Shown: positions 19,221-28,222, numbered from the stretch's first letter. The stretch is DNA of 32,046 bases from an uncultured Campylobacter sp. (GCF_938040115.1 NZ_CALHXD010000016.1:1-32046), one strand, 5' to 3'. Numbers and translations are program-made. The notes: generated from the letters alone by a model not told the origin.

Positions 19221-20423
19221 TTACGCTAGCTCGTCTTTGTAAATTTTACGCACGAAAAGCCAGTAAATCGCTCCGGCAAAAAACATACAGCCTATCAGCG
19301 CCGTGATCAGCGAGAGGCTAAGCCCGAGCTCAAAAAGCAGCCCTATACCGCTAGAAATCACCGCCGCGACGCCTAGATAAACCATATCGTTATAGGCGAT
19401 TATACGGCCGTAAAATGAGGGATCGCACTTTTGCTGGATGAGCGTGTAGGTGTAGCTCCAAAGCGTCGAGGTGAAAAATCCCGCGCAAAAAATCCCGATA
19501 AATCCGATATAAAAGTTAAACTGCAGCGCGCTCCATGCTATGACGCCAAGGCCGTGCCCGACGTAGATATAGACGAGATTGGAGTTTGAGACGAATTTGC
19601 TAAGCACGAGCGGACCGACGATGAGGGCGACGGCGCGGCAAGCGTTTATGTAGCCGATGATGAGAGATGCCGATAGCAGGCCAGCGTACGGATAGTCGGC
19701 TAGTAGCGCCACGAGCGCGTCGTAGCTGGTCACGCCTACAACCGCGTGCAGCATGATGAGGTGCGCGATGAGGGGGTTTTGTTTTATGTATTTTAGGCCG
19801 TTTTTTAGCATCTCGCGGACTTTTTCGCCGTCTTTTTTAGCCCGCACGGCGATATCTGTTTTAAGCAGGACGATAAGCGCCACGCCGTAAAGAGCGCAGT
19901 CTAGCAAAAAGGCGCTTTTTATCCCGAAAAAATGGATATAAATGCCCGCTAGCCCCATGCCCGCGGTGTATGAAAACGCCCAAATGAGTGAGTGGATCTC
20001 GTTTGCGGTTTTTAGGTCGTCTTTGTTTAAAATTTTGGGGAAAAGGCTCATTTCGACCTGAAAATACGTCCCACCGGCTCCGACTCTGATAAATATTATC
20101 ACAAATAGCAGCCACATCAAGGAGAGTTTGTCGATAAAAACGAGCATAAAAACAGTCACCATCTCCACGACAGTGAGCGCTATTAGCATCGGTTTGGGGC
20201 TAAATTTATCCACCACGATACCGCTAAAAGGCGATAGTAGCACGCCCGGCACGAAAGCTAGCGCAGCTGCGGCCGTGATCGCCCAAACGGGCGCGTCAAG
20301 CTCGATAAGCAGCGTAAAAATGCCCGTGTGCGAGAACCAAACGCCAAAATAACAAATCAGCTGTATGAGCGAGAGGCGCGCGAAAACAGGCTGGGTTTTT
20401 AGTAGGTTGATAAATTTACTCAT
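19221..20423 (-). CDS. MFS transporter (H+ antiporter-like)
   Basis: About 12 TM segments; SGIVVDKF motif-A variant. Confidence 0.88.
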   Translation of the reverse strand: MSKFINLLKTQPVFARLSLIQLICYFGVWFSHTGIFTLLIELDAPVWAITAAAALAFVPGVLLSPFSGIVVDKFSPKPMLIALTVVEMVTVFMLVFIDKLSLMWLLFVIIFIRVGAGGTYFQVEMSLFPKILNKDDLKTANEIHSLIWAFSYTAGMGLAGIYIHFFGIKSAFLLDCALYGVALIVLLKTDIAVRAKKDGEKVREMLKNGLKYIKQNPLIAHLIMLHAVVGVTSYDALVALLADYPYAGLLSASLIIGYINACRAVALIVGPLVLSKFVSNSNLVYIYVGHGLGVIAWSALQFNFYIGFIGIFCAGFFTSTLWSYTYTLIQQKCDPSFYGRIIAYNDMVYLGVAAVISSGIGLLFELGLSLSLITALIGCMFFAGAIYWLFVRKIYKDELA

Positions 20424-20462
20424 TTTGGGCTTCGGGTTAAATTTGAACGCTAAATTTGCCGC

Positions 20463-20915
20463 TTAGTTTGCTTCTACTTTTTTGTAGATGCGCTCCTGGG
20501 CGAAATTTTCTTTGATAAAGCTGTTTTGGTTGCCTATCTGGCGAAGCGTATCGCCATTAATCTCGAAATTTAGCTTTTCGCGGTACTGATTCGTAACGCT
20601 TAGAGTGTTGCCGCTTATCTCGTAAATGCCTGTTTGTAGCTCTCTTTGCGCAATCTTTTTTTGATAAACGGTGTCGATTTTAAACGTACCGTCCGCGTTG
20701 AGCGTTAGCGTGCTTTTTGAGTTTTCGCTACAACCGTCGCAAAACACCTTAGCCTCGTAAACGCCGATCAAATTTTCCTTATCTATCTCGGCGCCGCACG
20801 TTTCAAAAACCTCAGTACTGCCGCATTTTTTGCTATTTACCGCGCTTGTGCCGCCGCTTGCCGCACAGCCTGCAAATATCATCGCAGCTGCGGCTAAAAA
20901 TAAAATATTTTTCAT
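20463..20915 (-). CDS. NlpE N-terminal-domain (copper-resistance type) lipoprotein
   Basis: Lipobox FAG-C; G.Y.....CDGC.....LTLNADGTF pattern typical of NlpE-N; TATAAT at 20940-20945. Confidence 0.75.
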   Translation of the reverse strand: MKNILFLAAAAMIFAGCAASGGTSAVNSKKCGSTEVFETCGAEIDKENLIGVYEAKVFCDGCSENSKSTLTLNADGTFKIDTVYQKKIAQRELQTGIYEISGNTLSVTNQYREKLNFEINGDTLRQIGNQNSFIKENFAQERIYKKVEAN

Positions 20916-21022
20916 GATTTATCCTTAAAATTTTGGCTAATTATACTAAAAATTTTCCGCTAAAATGGCGAAATTTTAGCAAAAAGCGGCTAAAATGATA
21001 AAAAATATTTTAAGGAGTAGTC

Positions 21023-21943
21023 ATGGAAGAGAGCATCCCGTTTATCGTATTTGCCGTGGTCGTGCTGGCCTTTGCGGTCTTGTTTTTAAAAGCCGGTATC
21101 AAGATCATCTCGCAGTCTGATATCTACATCGTCGAGCGTTTGGGTAAATTTCACAAGGTGCTTGACGGCGGATTTCACATCATCATCCCTTTTGTCGATC
21201 AGATCCGCGCGCAAATCACCGTTAGAGAGCAGCTAGTAGATATAACCAAGCAGCAAGTCATCACAAAAGATAACGTAAACATCAGCGTCGACGGTATCGT
21301 GTTTTTAAAGGTCGTGGACGGTAAAATGGCTCTGTATAACGTCGATAGCTACAAGCGCGCGATCGCAAATTTGGCCATGACGACGCTGCGCGGCGAGATC
21401 GGCGCGATGAACCTCGACGATACGCTTAGCTCGCGCGACCGCCTAAACTCCGCGCTACAAAGAGCGCTCGGAGACGCCGCCGATAACTGGGGCGTAAAGA
21501 TCATGCGCGTCGAGATCTCCGAGATTTCCGTGCCGCACGGCATCGAAGAGGCGATGAATCTACAAATGAAAGCCGAGCGCGAAAAACGCGCGATCGAGCT
21601 AAAAGCGCAGGCTGAAAAAGAGGCGCTCATCCGCAACGCCGAGGCGCTAAAACAAGAAAAAGTATTGCAAGCCGAAGCCATCGAGCGTATGGCCGATGCA
21701 AAAAAATACGAGCAAATCGCGCTAGCGACGGCCCAAAAAGAGGCGATGGATATGATAAACGAAAGCATGGCGCAAAACGCAAAAGCCGCCGAGTTCCTGC
21801 TCGCGCGCGACCGCGTGGGAGCCTTTAACGAGCTAGCCAAAAACGGCTCGAAAGATAAAATTTTAGTCCCTTACGAAGCGACCGAGCTCATCGGCTCACT
21901 AAGCGTTTTAAAGGACTTTTTAGGCGCTAGGGCGGCGAAATGA
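21023..21943 (+). CDS. SPFH/band-7 (stomatin-like, QmcA-type) protein
   Basis: VERLGKF, VITKDNV, TTLRGEIG, WGVKIMRVEI and QMKAEREKRA motifs. Confidence 0.93.
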   Translation: MEESIPFIVFAVVVLAFAVLFLKAGIKIISQSDIYIVERLGKFHKVLDGGFHIIIPFVDQIRAQITVREQLVDITKQQVITKDNVNISVDGIVFLKVVDGKMALYNVDSYKRAIANLAMTTLRGEIGAMNLDDTLSSRDRLNSALQRALGDAADNWGVKIMRVEISEISVPHGIEEAMNLQMKAEREKRAIELKAQAEKEALIRNAEALKQEKVLQAEAIERMADAKKYEQIALATAQKEAMDMINESMAQNAKAAEFLLARDRVGAFNELAKNGSKDKILVPYEATELIGSLSVLKDFLGARAAK

Positions 21944-22338
21944 TACCCGCGTACTTGATGCTGGCTGCGGGCGTTGGGTTGGTCATGCTCGAGTTTATGA
22001 TCGGTAGCTTTTTCGTGCTATTTTTCGGGCTTGGATTTTTAGCGGTCGGAGTTTTGGGATTTTTTATCGATATCGCTTGGGAGCATCAAATTTTACTCAT
22101 CGCTATCGTCTCGTTAGTCCTGCTTTTTGCGCTTAGAAAGCCGCTAAAGGACAAATTTAACCAGCACGAAAGCGAGGTCAAAGATGACTTTTTAAACGAG
22201 AGCGGCGAGGGCGAGATCAGAGAGGGCATGGTTTATTTTAAAGGTACTTTGTGGCGCTACGACGGAAATTTAGCCGAGGGCGCAAAGGTGCGCGTGCTCG
22301 GCACCAAAGGCAATAAAGTCGTTTTACAGCGGGATTAA
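21940..22338 (+). CDS. NfeD-like (YbbJ-type) protein
   Basis: N-terminal TM helices and a C-terminal OB-fold (G.V.FKGTLW...G.KVRV); coupled to the SPFH gene. Confidence 0.88.
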   Translation: MIPAYLMLAAGVGLVMLEFMIGSFFVLFFGLGFLAVGVLGFFIDIAWEHQILLIAIVSLVLLFALRKPLKDKFNQHESEVKDDFLNESGEGEIREGMVYFKGTLWRYDGNLAEGAKVRVLGTKGNKVVLQRD

Positions 22339-22390
22339 AATTTTTATTCTTGCGGTTTAAAACCGCTTTTAAATTTTTCAAGGAGTCAAA

Positions 22391-22690
22391 ATGTTTATCA
22401 TAAATTTAACTTATGTTAAAGAATTAAGTCAGGTCGATAGCTTCATAAGCGAGCACAATGCATTTTTGGATAAATTTTACGCAGAAAATAAATTTATCTG
22501 CTCTGGGCGTAAAGTCCCGCGTAGCGGCGGCATTATCTTGGCAAACGTTAAAGATCGCCCGGAGCTTGACGAGATTATCAGACAAGATCCGTTTTTTAAA
22601 AACGGTATTGCAAAATATGAAATTACCGAGTTTTTGCCGACGAAATTCGTACCTGATTTTGAGCGGTTTTTAAGCGAGCAAACGAACTAA
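22391..22690 (+). CDS. YciI family protein
   Basis: EHNAFL, SGRKVPRSGGIILA and DPFF motifs; AAGGAG SD. Confidence 0.88.
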   Translation: MFIINLTYVKELSQVDSFISEHNAFLDKFYAENKFICSGRKVPRSGGIILANVKDRPELDEIIRQDPFFKNGIAKYEITEFLPTKFVPDFERFLSEQTN

Positions 22691-22757
22691 GCGCTGCTTT
22701 TGTGCGCGTAAATTTAATTGAAAATGCGATCCAATTTGACCTTGACCGCATTAAATT

Positions 22758-23111
22758 TTAGTGTTTGTGATGAGGACAAGCGTGCGCTTCGTCGCTTGCG
22801 CAGCTTTTGCCGTGATGAGCGCAGCCTTGTGCTTTTGTGTCGCATTTTGGGTATGGCTTTGATTTGTCGCTAACGCCGCCGCAGCCTGGGCTTTTATCCG
22901 CTCCGTGATTTCCGTGACGAGGGCACTCTTTCATCTCTGTGTGAGACTGTGCGCAGCTAGCGTTTGCCATGCCGTGATGCGGGCAGCTAGCGTCTTTTAT
23001 CTGCGTAGCGTGGCGATACTCCTGCGCGTTTTGCTCTGCGGGAGCTGGTTTGTTTGCCGCGCAACCTGCAAAAAATAGCGCCAAAATCGTAGCCAAAACT
23101 AAATTTTTCAT
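22758..23111 (-). CDS. His/Cys-rich lipoprotein, putative metal-binding
   Basis: Start reassigned to ATG 23111 (AAGGAG SD); lipobox FAG-C; repeats CPHHG, CPRHG, CAHHG and CPHHKH. Confidence 0.8.
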   Translation of the reverse strand: MKNLVLATILALFFAGCAANKPAPAEQNAQEYRHATQIKDASCPHHGMANASCAQSHTEMKECPRHGNHGADKSPGCGGVSDKSKPYPKCDTKAQGCAHHGKSCASDEAHACPHHKH

Positions 23112-23120
23112 CTTTTCTCC

Positions 23121-23150
23121 TTTGATAAAATGTCTCGGGATTTTATCAAA
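23121..23150. promoter_or_regulatory. Perfect 11-8-11 inverted repeat; each arm contains an extended -10 box (TGATAAAAT)
   Basis: tttgataaaat-gtctcggg-attttatcaaa, immediately upstream of the lipoprotein SD. Confidence 0.6.
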
Positions 23151-23508
23151 TTTAAGCTTTATAAATCGGGTTAAATTCAAGGCCGCGGCAAATTTGACGC
23201 TACGGTTTATGCGGGAAAGCGGCTATCTGCGGCAGTACAGACCGTCACGCCCGCCTTAATGACGTCTAGGGGCGTCGCGGCCGTCCCTGCGGTCGGGCTG
23301 TTTTGTGACGTAGGCAGATATGGGCTTGCGGGTATCGCTAAATGGGCTAAATTTCTTAAGTTAGCCGCGTTTATTGTGGATTTTAAAGTCATTTCTTTGC
23401 CTTTGCGTTGAGGAGCGAAACGATATCCGCAAGATGTCAAAAAACGTGAATTTATCAAAGATAAAAGCGTTTTTCGCTAAACTCGCGTAAAAAATTTAAA
23501 GGAAAAAT

Positions 23509-24558
23509 TTGAATAGACTAAGCGTGGACGAGGCGGTAAATTTGATAGAAAACGCCGATCTAAACGAGCTTGGAGCGATGGCTCTAGCGCGCAAACGCGA
23601 GCTGCATCCAGACGGCGTCACGACCTTTATCGTGGATAGAAACATCAACTACACGAACGCGTGCTGGGTGGACTGTAAATTTTGCGCGTTTTACCGCGAT
23701 CACAAGGACGAGGAGGCCTATGTGCTGGGCTTTGACGAGATCGGGCAAAAGATCGAGGAACTCATCGCTATCGGCGGAACTCAAATTTTGTTTCAAGGCG
23801 GCGTACATCCGAAGCTAAAAATCGAGTGGTACGAGGATCTCGTGGAGTTTATCGCAAAAAAATATCCGAGCATCACGATTCACGGATTTTCTGCGGTCGA
23901 GATCGACTATATCGCAAGGATATCGCGTATCAGCACGAGAGAGGCGCTACGCCGTCTGCGAGAAAAGGGGCTCTACTCGATGCCGGGAGCCGGAGCAGAG
24001 ATACTTAGCGACCGCGTCCGTGACGTGATCGCGCCTAAAAAATGCGATGTGGAGACATGGTTACGTATCCACCGTGAGGCGCACGAGGAGGGGCTAAAGA
24101 CGACGGCTACGATGATGTTTGGTACCGTAGAAACCACGCGCGAGATCGTGGAGCACTGGGAGCACATCAGGAGTTTGCAGGATGAGACTGGCGGCTTTAG
24201 AGCGTTTATATTGTGGAGCTTTCAGGGGCTAAATACGCGCCTAGCGGCCGAACGTCCCGAGATCAAAAAGCAAAGCTCGAATCGCTATTTGCGCCTGCTT
24301 GCCGTCTCTAGGCTGTTTTTAGACAACGTGCCAAATATCCAAAGTAGCTGGGTCACGCAGGGCAGCTACATCGGGCAGCTGGCGCTGCTGTTTGGCGCAA
24401 ACGACCTAGGCAGCACGATGATGGAGGAAAACGTCGTCAAGGCCGCGGGCGCTAGCTACCGTATGAATCAAGACGAGATGATACGCCTCATCAAAGACAT
24501 CGGCGAAAAACCCGCCAAACGCAATACCAATTATGATATTTTAGAAAGGTTTTATTGA
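23509..24558 (+). CDS. mqnC: Cyclic dehypoxanthine futalosine synthase (radical SAM)
   Basis: DRNINYTN, CWVDCKFC (CxxxCxxC), PGAGAEIL, QSSWVTQG and GSTMMEENVV motifs. Confidence 0.93.
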   Translation: MNRLSVDEAVNLIENADLNELGAMALARKRELHPDGVTTFIVDRNINYTNACWVDCKFCAFYRDHKDEEAYVLGFDEIGQKIEELIAIGGTQILFQGGVHPKLKIEWYEDLVEFIAKKYPSITIHGFSAVEIDYIARISRISTREALRRLREKGLYSMPGAGAEILSDRVRDVIAPKKCDVETWLRIHREAHEEGLKTTATMMFGTVETTREIVEHWEHIRSLQDETGGFRAFILWSFQGLNTRLAAERPEIKKQSSNRYLRLLAVSRLFLDNVPNIQSSWVTQGSYIGQLALLFGANDLGSTMMEENVVKAAGASYRMNQDEMIRLIKDIGEKPAKRNTNYDILERFY

Positions 24559-25781
24559 TGAAAATCATAAATTTAAAAGCCGCAAATTTACAAATCCCTG
24601 CCGTTTACGAGGCGAGCAAAACCCTGCCTGCCGTGAGTCTAAAGCTTATTTTTAAGGTCGCCGGAGCTTGCGCGGAGGAGAAGGCCGGACTTGCTAAAAT
24701 CGTCGCGAAAATTTTTGACGAAGGCACGCTAAGTAAGGGCGCGGCGGGCTTTGCCAAAGAGCTTGAAACGCGCGCGATTAGTCTTTACGCGAGTGCTGGA
24801 TTTGAGACATTTGCGTTTGAGCTAAACTGCCTAAAGGAGCACTTTTCTTTTGCGCTTGCCAAGCTAAAAGAGCTTTTAGAGGAGCCAAATTTAAGCCAAA
24901 AAAGCTTTGAAAAGGTGCGAACTTTGACGCTGGGCGAAATTTCTGGCAACGAGAGCGACTACGACTATCTAGCTAGAGTCGCGCTAAACGGGCTGCTATA
25001 TCCCGGTACAAATCTAGCAAGACCTAGCATCGGCACGAAGCAAAGCGTGGAGAGTATAACGCTAGAGGACGTTAAAAACTTCATCTCTAGCAAGCTTGAT
25101 CTGGCAAATTTATTTGTAGTGCTAGGCGGCGAAGTGACGCCGTGGGAGCTAAATTTGGACGAGATTTTAAGCTCGCTAAAGCAGGGCGAAGCGCGCGAAC
25201 TAAAACTGCTAAAAACCGATGAAAAATGCGGCCAAAAGTCCATCATCAAGCCTAGCGAGCAAGCCTATATCTACTTTGGCGCGCCTTTTGACGTTTGCCG
25301 AGAGGAGCGCTATAAGGCTAAGGTCGCGACGTTTATTTTGGGCGAGGGCGGCTTTGGCAGTAGGCTGATGGAGGAGATCCGCGTGAAGCGGGGGCTAGCG
25401 TATTCGGCGTATGCTAGGAGCGAATTTGCGCTCAGCCACTTGCAAATTTGGGGCTACCTGCAAACCAAAAACGAAAGCAGGAGCGAGGCGGTTGCGGTCG
25501 TAAAAGACGAATTTTCAAAATTCGTCAAAAACGGCGTAAAGGCTGGCGAACTAGTGCAAGCCAAAAGATTTTTGCTAGGCTCGCAGCCGCTACGCCAAGA
25601 GACGCTTTTTAACCGCTTAAATATCGCTCAAAGCGAGTTTTATAACGGCTTTAAGCTAGGAAATTTTAAAGACGAGCTAGAAAAAATCTCAAAGCTAAAG
25701 CTTGCTGAGCTAAACGCGTTTATCGCGGAGCACGCGGAGATAGAAAAGCTCAGTTTTGCCGTGCTTTACAATGAAATTTGA
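24558..25781 (+). CDS. M16 family peptidase-like protein (lacks HxxEH)
   Basis: GFGSRLMEEIRVKRGLAYS C-terminal M16 motif; the HxxEH position reads AKIVAK. Confidence 0.88.
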   Translation: MKIINLKAANLQIPAVYEASKTLPAVSLKLIFKVAGACAEEKAGLAKIVAKIFDEGTLSKGAAGFAKELETRAISLYASAGFETFAFELNCLKEHFSFALAKLKELLEEPNLSQKSFEKVRTLTLGEISGNESDYDYLARVALNGLLYPGTNLARPSIGTKQSVESITLEDVKNFISSKLDLANLFVVLGGEVTPWELNLDEILSSLKQGEARELKLLKTDEKCGQKSIIKPSEQAYIYFGAPFDVCREERYKAKVATFILGEGGFGSRLMEEIRVKRGLAYSAYARSEFALSHLQIWGYLQTKNESRSEAVAVVKDEFSKFVKNGVKAGELVQAKRFLLGSQPLRQETLFNRLNIAQSEFYNGFKLGNFKDELEKISKLKLAELNAFIAEHAEIEKLSFAVLYNEI

Positions 25782-27687
25782 TGAAAAAGACAAAATCAAT
25801 CTAAAAAAAATCGGCGTAACCACTCTGCTCGACCTAGCGCTTAAGCTTCCTAAAAGCTTCGAGGATACGAGCCTGGCCGCCGCGCCAAAAGACGGACACG
25901 TGAGCGTCGCCGTAGAGATAAAAAGCGCGTATCGCCAGGGCGGGATGCTGCACGCCGTATGCTGGTGCGAGGCGTGGAAGCAAAACGTCAAGATCGTGAT
26001 TTTTAATGCCAAGCCTTGGCATCACGGCGCTTTTAAAGTCGGCAAAAGCGTAATTGTAAGCGGCAAATGCGCCTACGCCTACGGCTCGTGGCAGCTAACA
26101 AATCCAAAAATCGTCACGAAAATAAACGAAATCATACCCAAATACAAACTCTCTCTCAGAGACGATTCGTTTAAAAATTTGATCCAAAAGTACGTAAATT
26201 CGCCAAATTTGATCGAGGCGGGACTCACGCCTAGGGAGGCTGAGTTTTTGCTAGATCTGCACAGAGGAGACGAAAAAAGCGTCGCGATACTAGATGCTCT
26301 CGTGCGAGAAAAAGCGGGCGAAGAGGTGTTAAAATTCGTAGAAATTTACAACTACCTAAAAAAACTAAATGCTAAAAAAACTCGCTTTAAGGCGCCTAAA
26401 GTCAAGCTTTTTGATATCTCTTCGTGGCTTAAAAATTTGCCATTTGCGCCGACTTCCGACCAGCTAAACGCTATCGCTGATTTGCGCGCGGACTTTAGCG
26501 GCAAGGAGGCGGTGCGACGCGTCGTGATGGGCGATGTCGGTAGCGGCAAGACGCTTGTTATGCTAGCTGCCGCGCTTAGCGTCTATCCTCAGCCTGCGCT
26601 CATCATGGCGCCCACATCGATACTGGCCGAGCAAATTTACGCCGAGGCGGCGCGCTTGCTGCCGGATTTTATGCGCGTTTTGCTTGTTAAAAGCGGCGAT
26701 AAACCCGAATTTGACGGCATAAATCTCATCATCGGCACGCACGTTTTGCTATATCAAAGCTTACCCGCAGCGCCGCTTGTTATGATAGACGAGCAGCACC
26801 GCTTCGGCTCTAATCAACGCGAGAAAATCAACGCTCTAGCTAGCGGGGAGCTCGGGCGAGACCTGCAGCTCGACGAAGCGGACGGTGAATTTGAGGGCAA
26901 ATTTGAGGAGGACGAACGGTCAAATTTGACTGAAATCTCGCCCCAAAACCGGCAGGCAAAAACGGCGAGAGAGACCAGGGCCCACGTCGTACAGTTTTCT
27001 GCAACGCCGATTCCGCGCACGCTAAGCATGATACAAAGTAGCTTCGCGGAGTTTAGTTTCCTAAAGCAGATGCCTTTTGAAAAGCATATCCACACGCAAA
27101 TTTTGCAAAGTGCGGACTTTGGCGAGTTGCTAGCGCATATCAAGGCGCAAATCGCTAAAGGCAAGCAGGTCGCCGTGATATATCCGCTGGTTGAGAGCAG
27201 CGAAAACTCGAACTATCAGGGGCTAGAGGAAGCGCAGGGGTTTTGGCGAGCAAATTTCGCAAACGTCTACGTCACGCACGGTAAGGATAAGGAAAAAGAG
27301 CAAGTGCTGCGCGAATTTCGCGAGCGCGGAGACGTGCTGCTATCGACGACGGTGGTCGAGGTCGGCATCTCGCTGCCCAGGCTTAGCACGATCGTGATCG
27401 TGGGCGCGGAGAGGCTAGGACTAGCGAGCCTACATCAGCTGCGCGGACGAGTAGGGCGAAACGGCGGGAGCGGATTTTGCTTTTTATTTACAAAGCTCAA
27501 AAATCCGCCGTCGCGCCTGAGGGAGTTTTGCGAGACGCTGGACGGCTTTAAGATCGCCGAGATAGACCTCAAAAATCGCCAAAGCGGCGACATCCTAAAC
27601 GGCGCGTTTCAGCACGGCGCGACGTTTGAATACTACGACTACGAAGAGGAAATCACGCAGGCGGCGAAGGATAGACTGGGGATTTAG
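25771..27687 (+). CDS. recG: ATP-dependent DNA helicase RecG
   Basis: GDVGSGKT, MAPTSILAEQ, DEQHRFG, SATPIPRT and LHQLRGRVGR motifs; start set at ATG 25771. Confidence 0.96.
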   Translation: MKFDEKDKINLKKIGVTTLLDLALKLPKSFEDTSLAAAPKDGHVSVAVEIKSAYRQGGMLHAVCWCEAWKQNVKIVIFNAKPWHHGAFKVGKSVIVSGKCAYAYGSWQLTNPKIVTKINEIIPKYKLSLRDDSFKNLIQKYVNSPNLIEAGLTPREAEFLLDLHRGDEKSVAILDALVREKAGEEVLKFVEIYNYLKKLNAKKTRFKAPKVKLFDISSWLKNLPFAPTSDQLNAIADLRADFSGKEAVRRVVMGDVGSGKTLVMLAAALSVYPQPALIMAPTSILAEQIYAEAARLLPDFMRVLLVKSGDKPEFDGINLIIGTHVLLYQSLPAAPLVMIDEQHRFGSNQREKINALASGELGRDLQLDEADGEFEGKFEEDERSNLTEISPQNRQAKTARETRAHVVQFSATPIPRTLSMIQSSFAEFSFLKQMPFEKHIHTQILQSADFGELLAHIKAQIAKGKQVAVIYPLVESSENSNYQGLEEAQGFWRANFANVYVTHGKDKEKEQVLREFRERGDVLLSTTVVEVGISLPRLSTIVIVGAERLGLASLHQLRGRVGRNGGSGFCFLFTKLKNPPSRLREFCETLDGFKIAEIDLKNRQSGDILNGAFQHGATFEYYDYEEEITQAAKDRLGI

Positions 27688-28048
27688 CTAAGTTTGTCCT
27701 TGAATCGGCAAAATTGGCTACTTGCTTGAGTGTTTTTCGTATTTAAATTTGAAACAAAACCGGTAAAAATTTGTGTTCAAGATTTTATGATTTTCAAAAT
27801 TTGATTGAAATGAAATTTGAAGATGATTTTTGTAGCATTTTTGGCTTGATTAAAACCCCAAAAGTGTGTAGTTTTGTGATTACTATATAGCTTTACTTGT
27901 ATATTATTGGGCGGAATCGGCGCAAAACTAAATGCTTGCGGTTGAGGCTTTTTATAAAAGCTAGAGATTACTAATTTTGGCTCATATTTAAATATGGTTT
28001 TTATACAGGGCAACTCAAAAAGCGAAGTTGTAAATTTAAAAAGTGGAT

Positions 28049-28123
28049 TGGTGACCCTTACGAGAATCGAACTCGTGTTACCAACGTGAGAGGCTGGTGT
28101 CCTAACCGCTAGACGAAAGGGCC
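28049..28123 (-). tRNA. tRNA-Glu(CTC)
   Basis: GGCCCTTTCGTCTAGCGGTTAGGAC-ACCAGC-CTCTCAC-GTTGGT...GTTCGATT...CACCA. Confidence 0.93.
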
Positions 28124-28143
28124 AACAATGATAAAATAAATCG

Positions 28144-28219
28144 TGGTGCCCCGTGTAGGGCTCGAACCTACGACCCCATCATTAAGAGTGATATGCTCTA
28201 CCAACTGAGCTAACGAGGC
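28144..28219 (-). tRNA. tRNA-Lys(CTT)
   Basis: Anticodon arm ATCA-CTCTTAA-TGAT, GTTCGAG T-loop and CCA end. Confidence 0.95.
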
Positions 28220-28222
28220 AAA

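Noticed and set aside
19081..19222. Repeated CAAATTTG-like units as a CRISPR array
   Set aside because: The repeats are only 6-12 nt, irregularly spaced, and there are no cas genes.
20913..21025. Inverted symmetry TCCTTAAAAT/ATTTTAAGGA between the nlpE-like and SPFH genes
   Set aside because: It is explained by the two Shine-Dalgarno regions of divergent genes.
22352..22370. GCGGTT-TAA-AACCGC-TTTT as a terminator after nfeD
   Set aside because: The stem and U-tract are short; plausible but too weak to call.
23207..23458. 83-aa (or 61-aa from ATG 23392) minus-strand ORF
   Set aside because: Weak SD and no recognisable features; the region is better explained by RNA structure, though coding is not excluded.
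27688..28048. AT-rich stretch after the tRNA-Glu 3' end as an integrated element
   Set aside because: No integrase, no duplicated tRNA 3' end, and no credible ORF.
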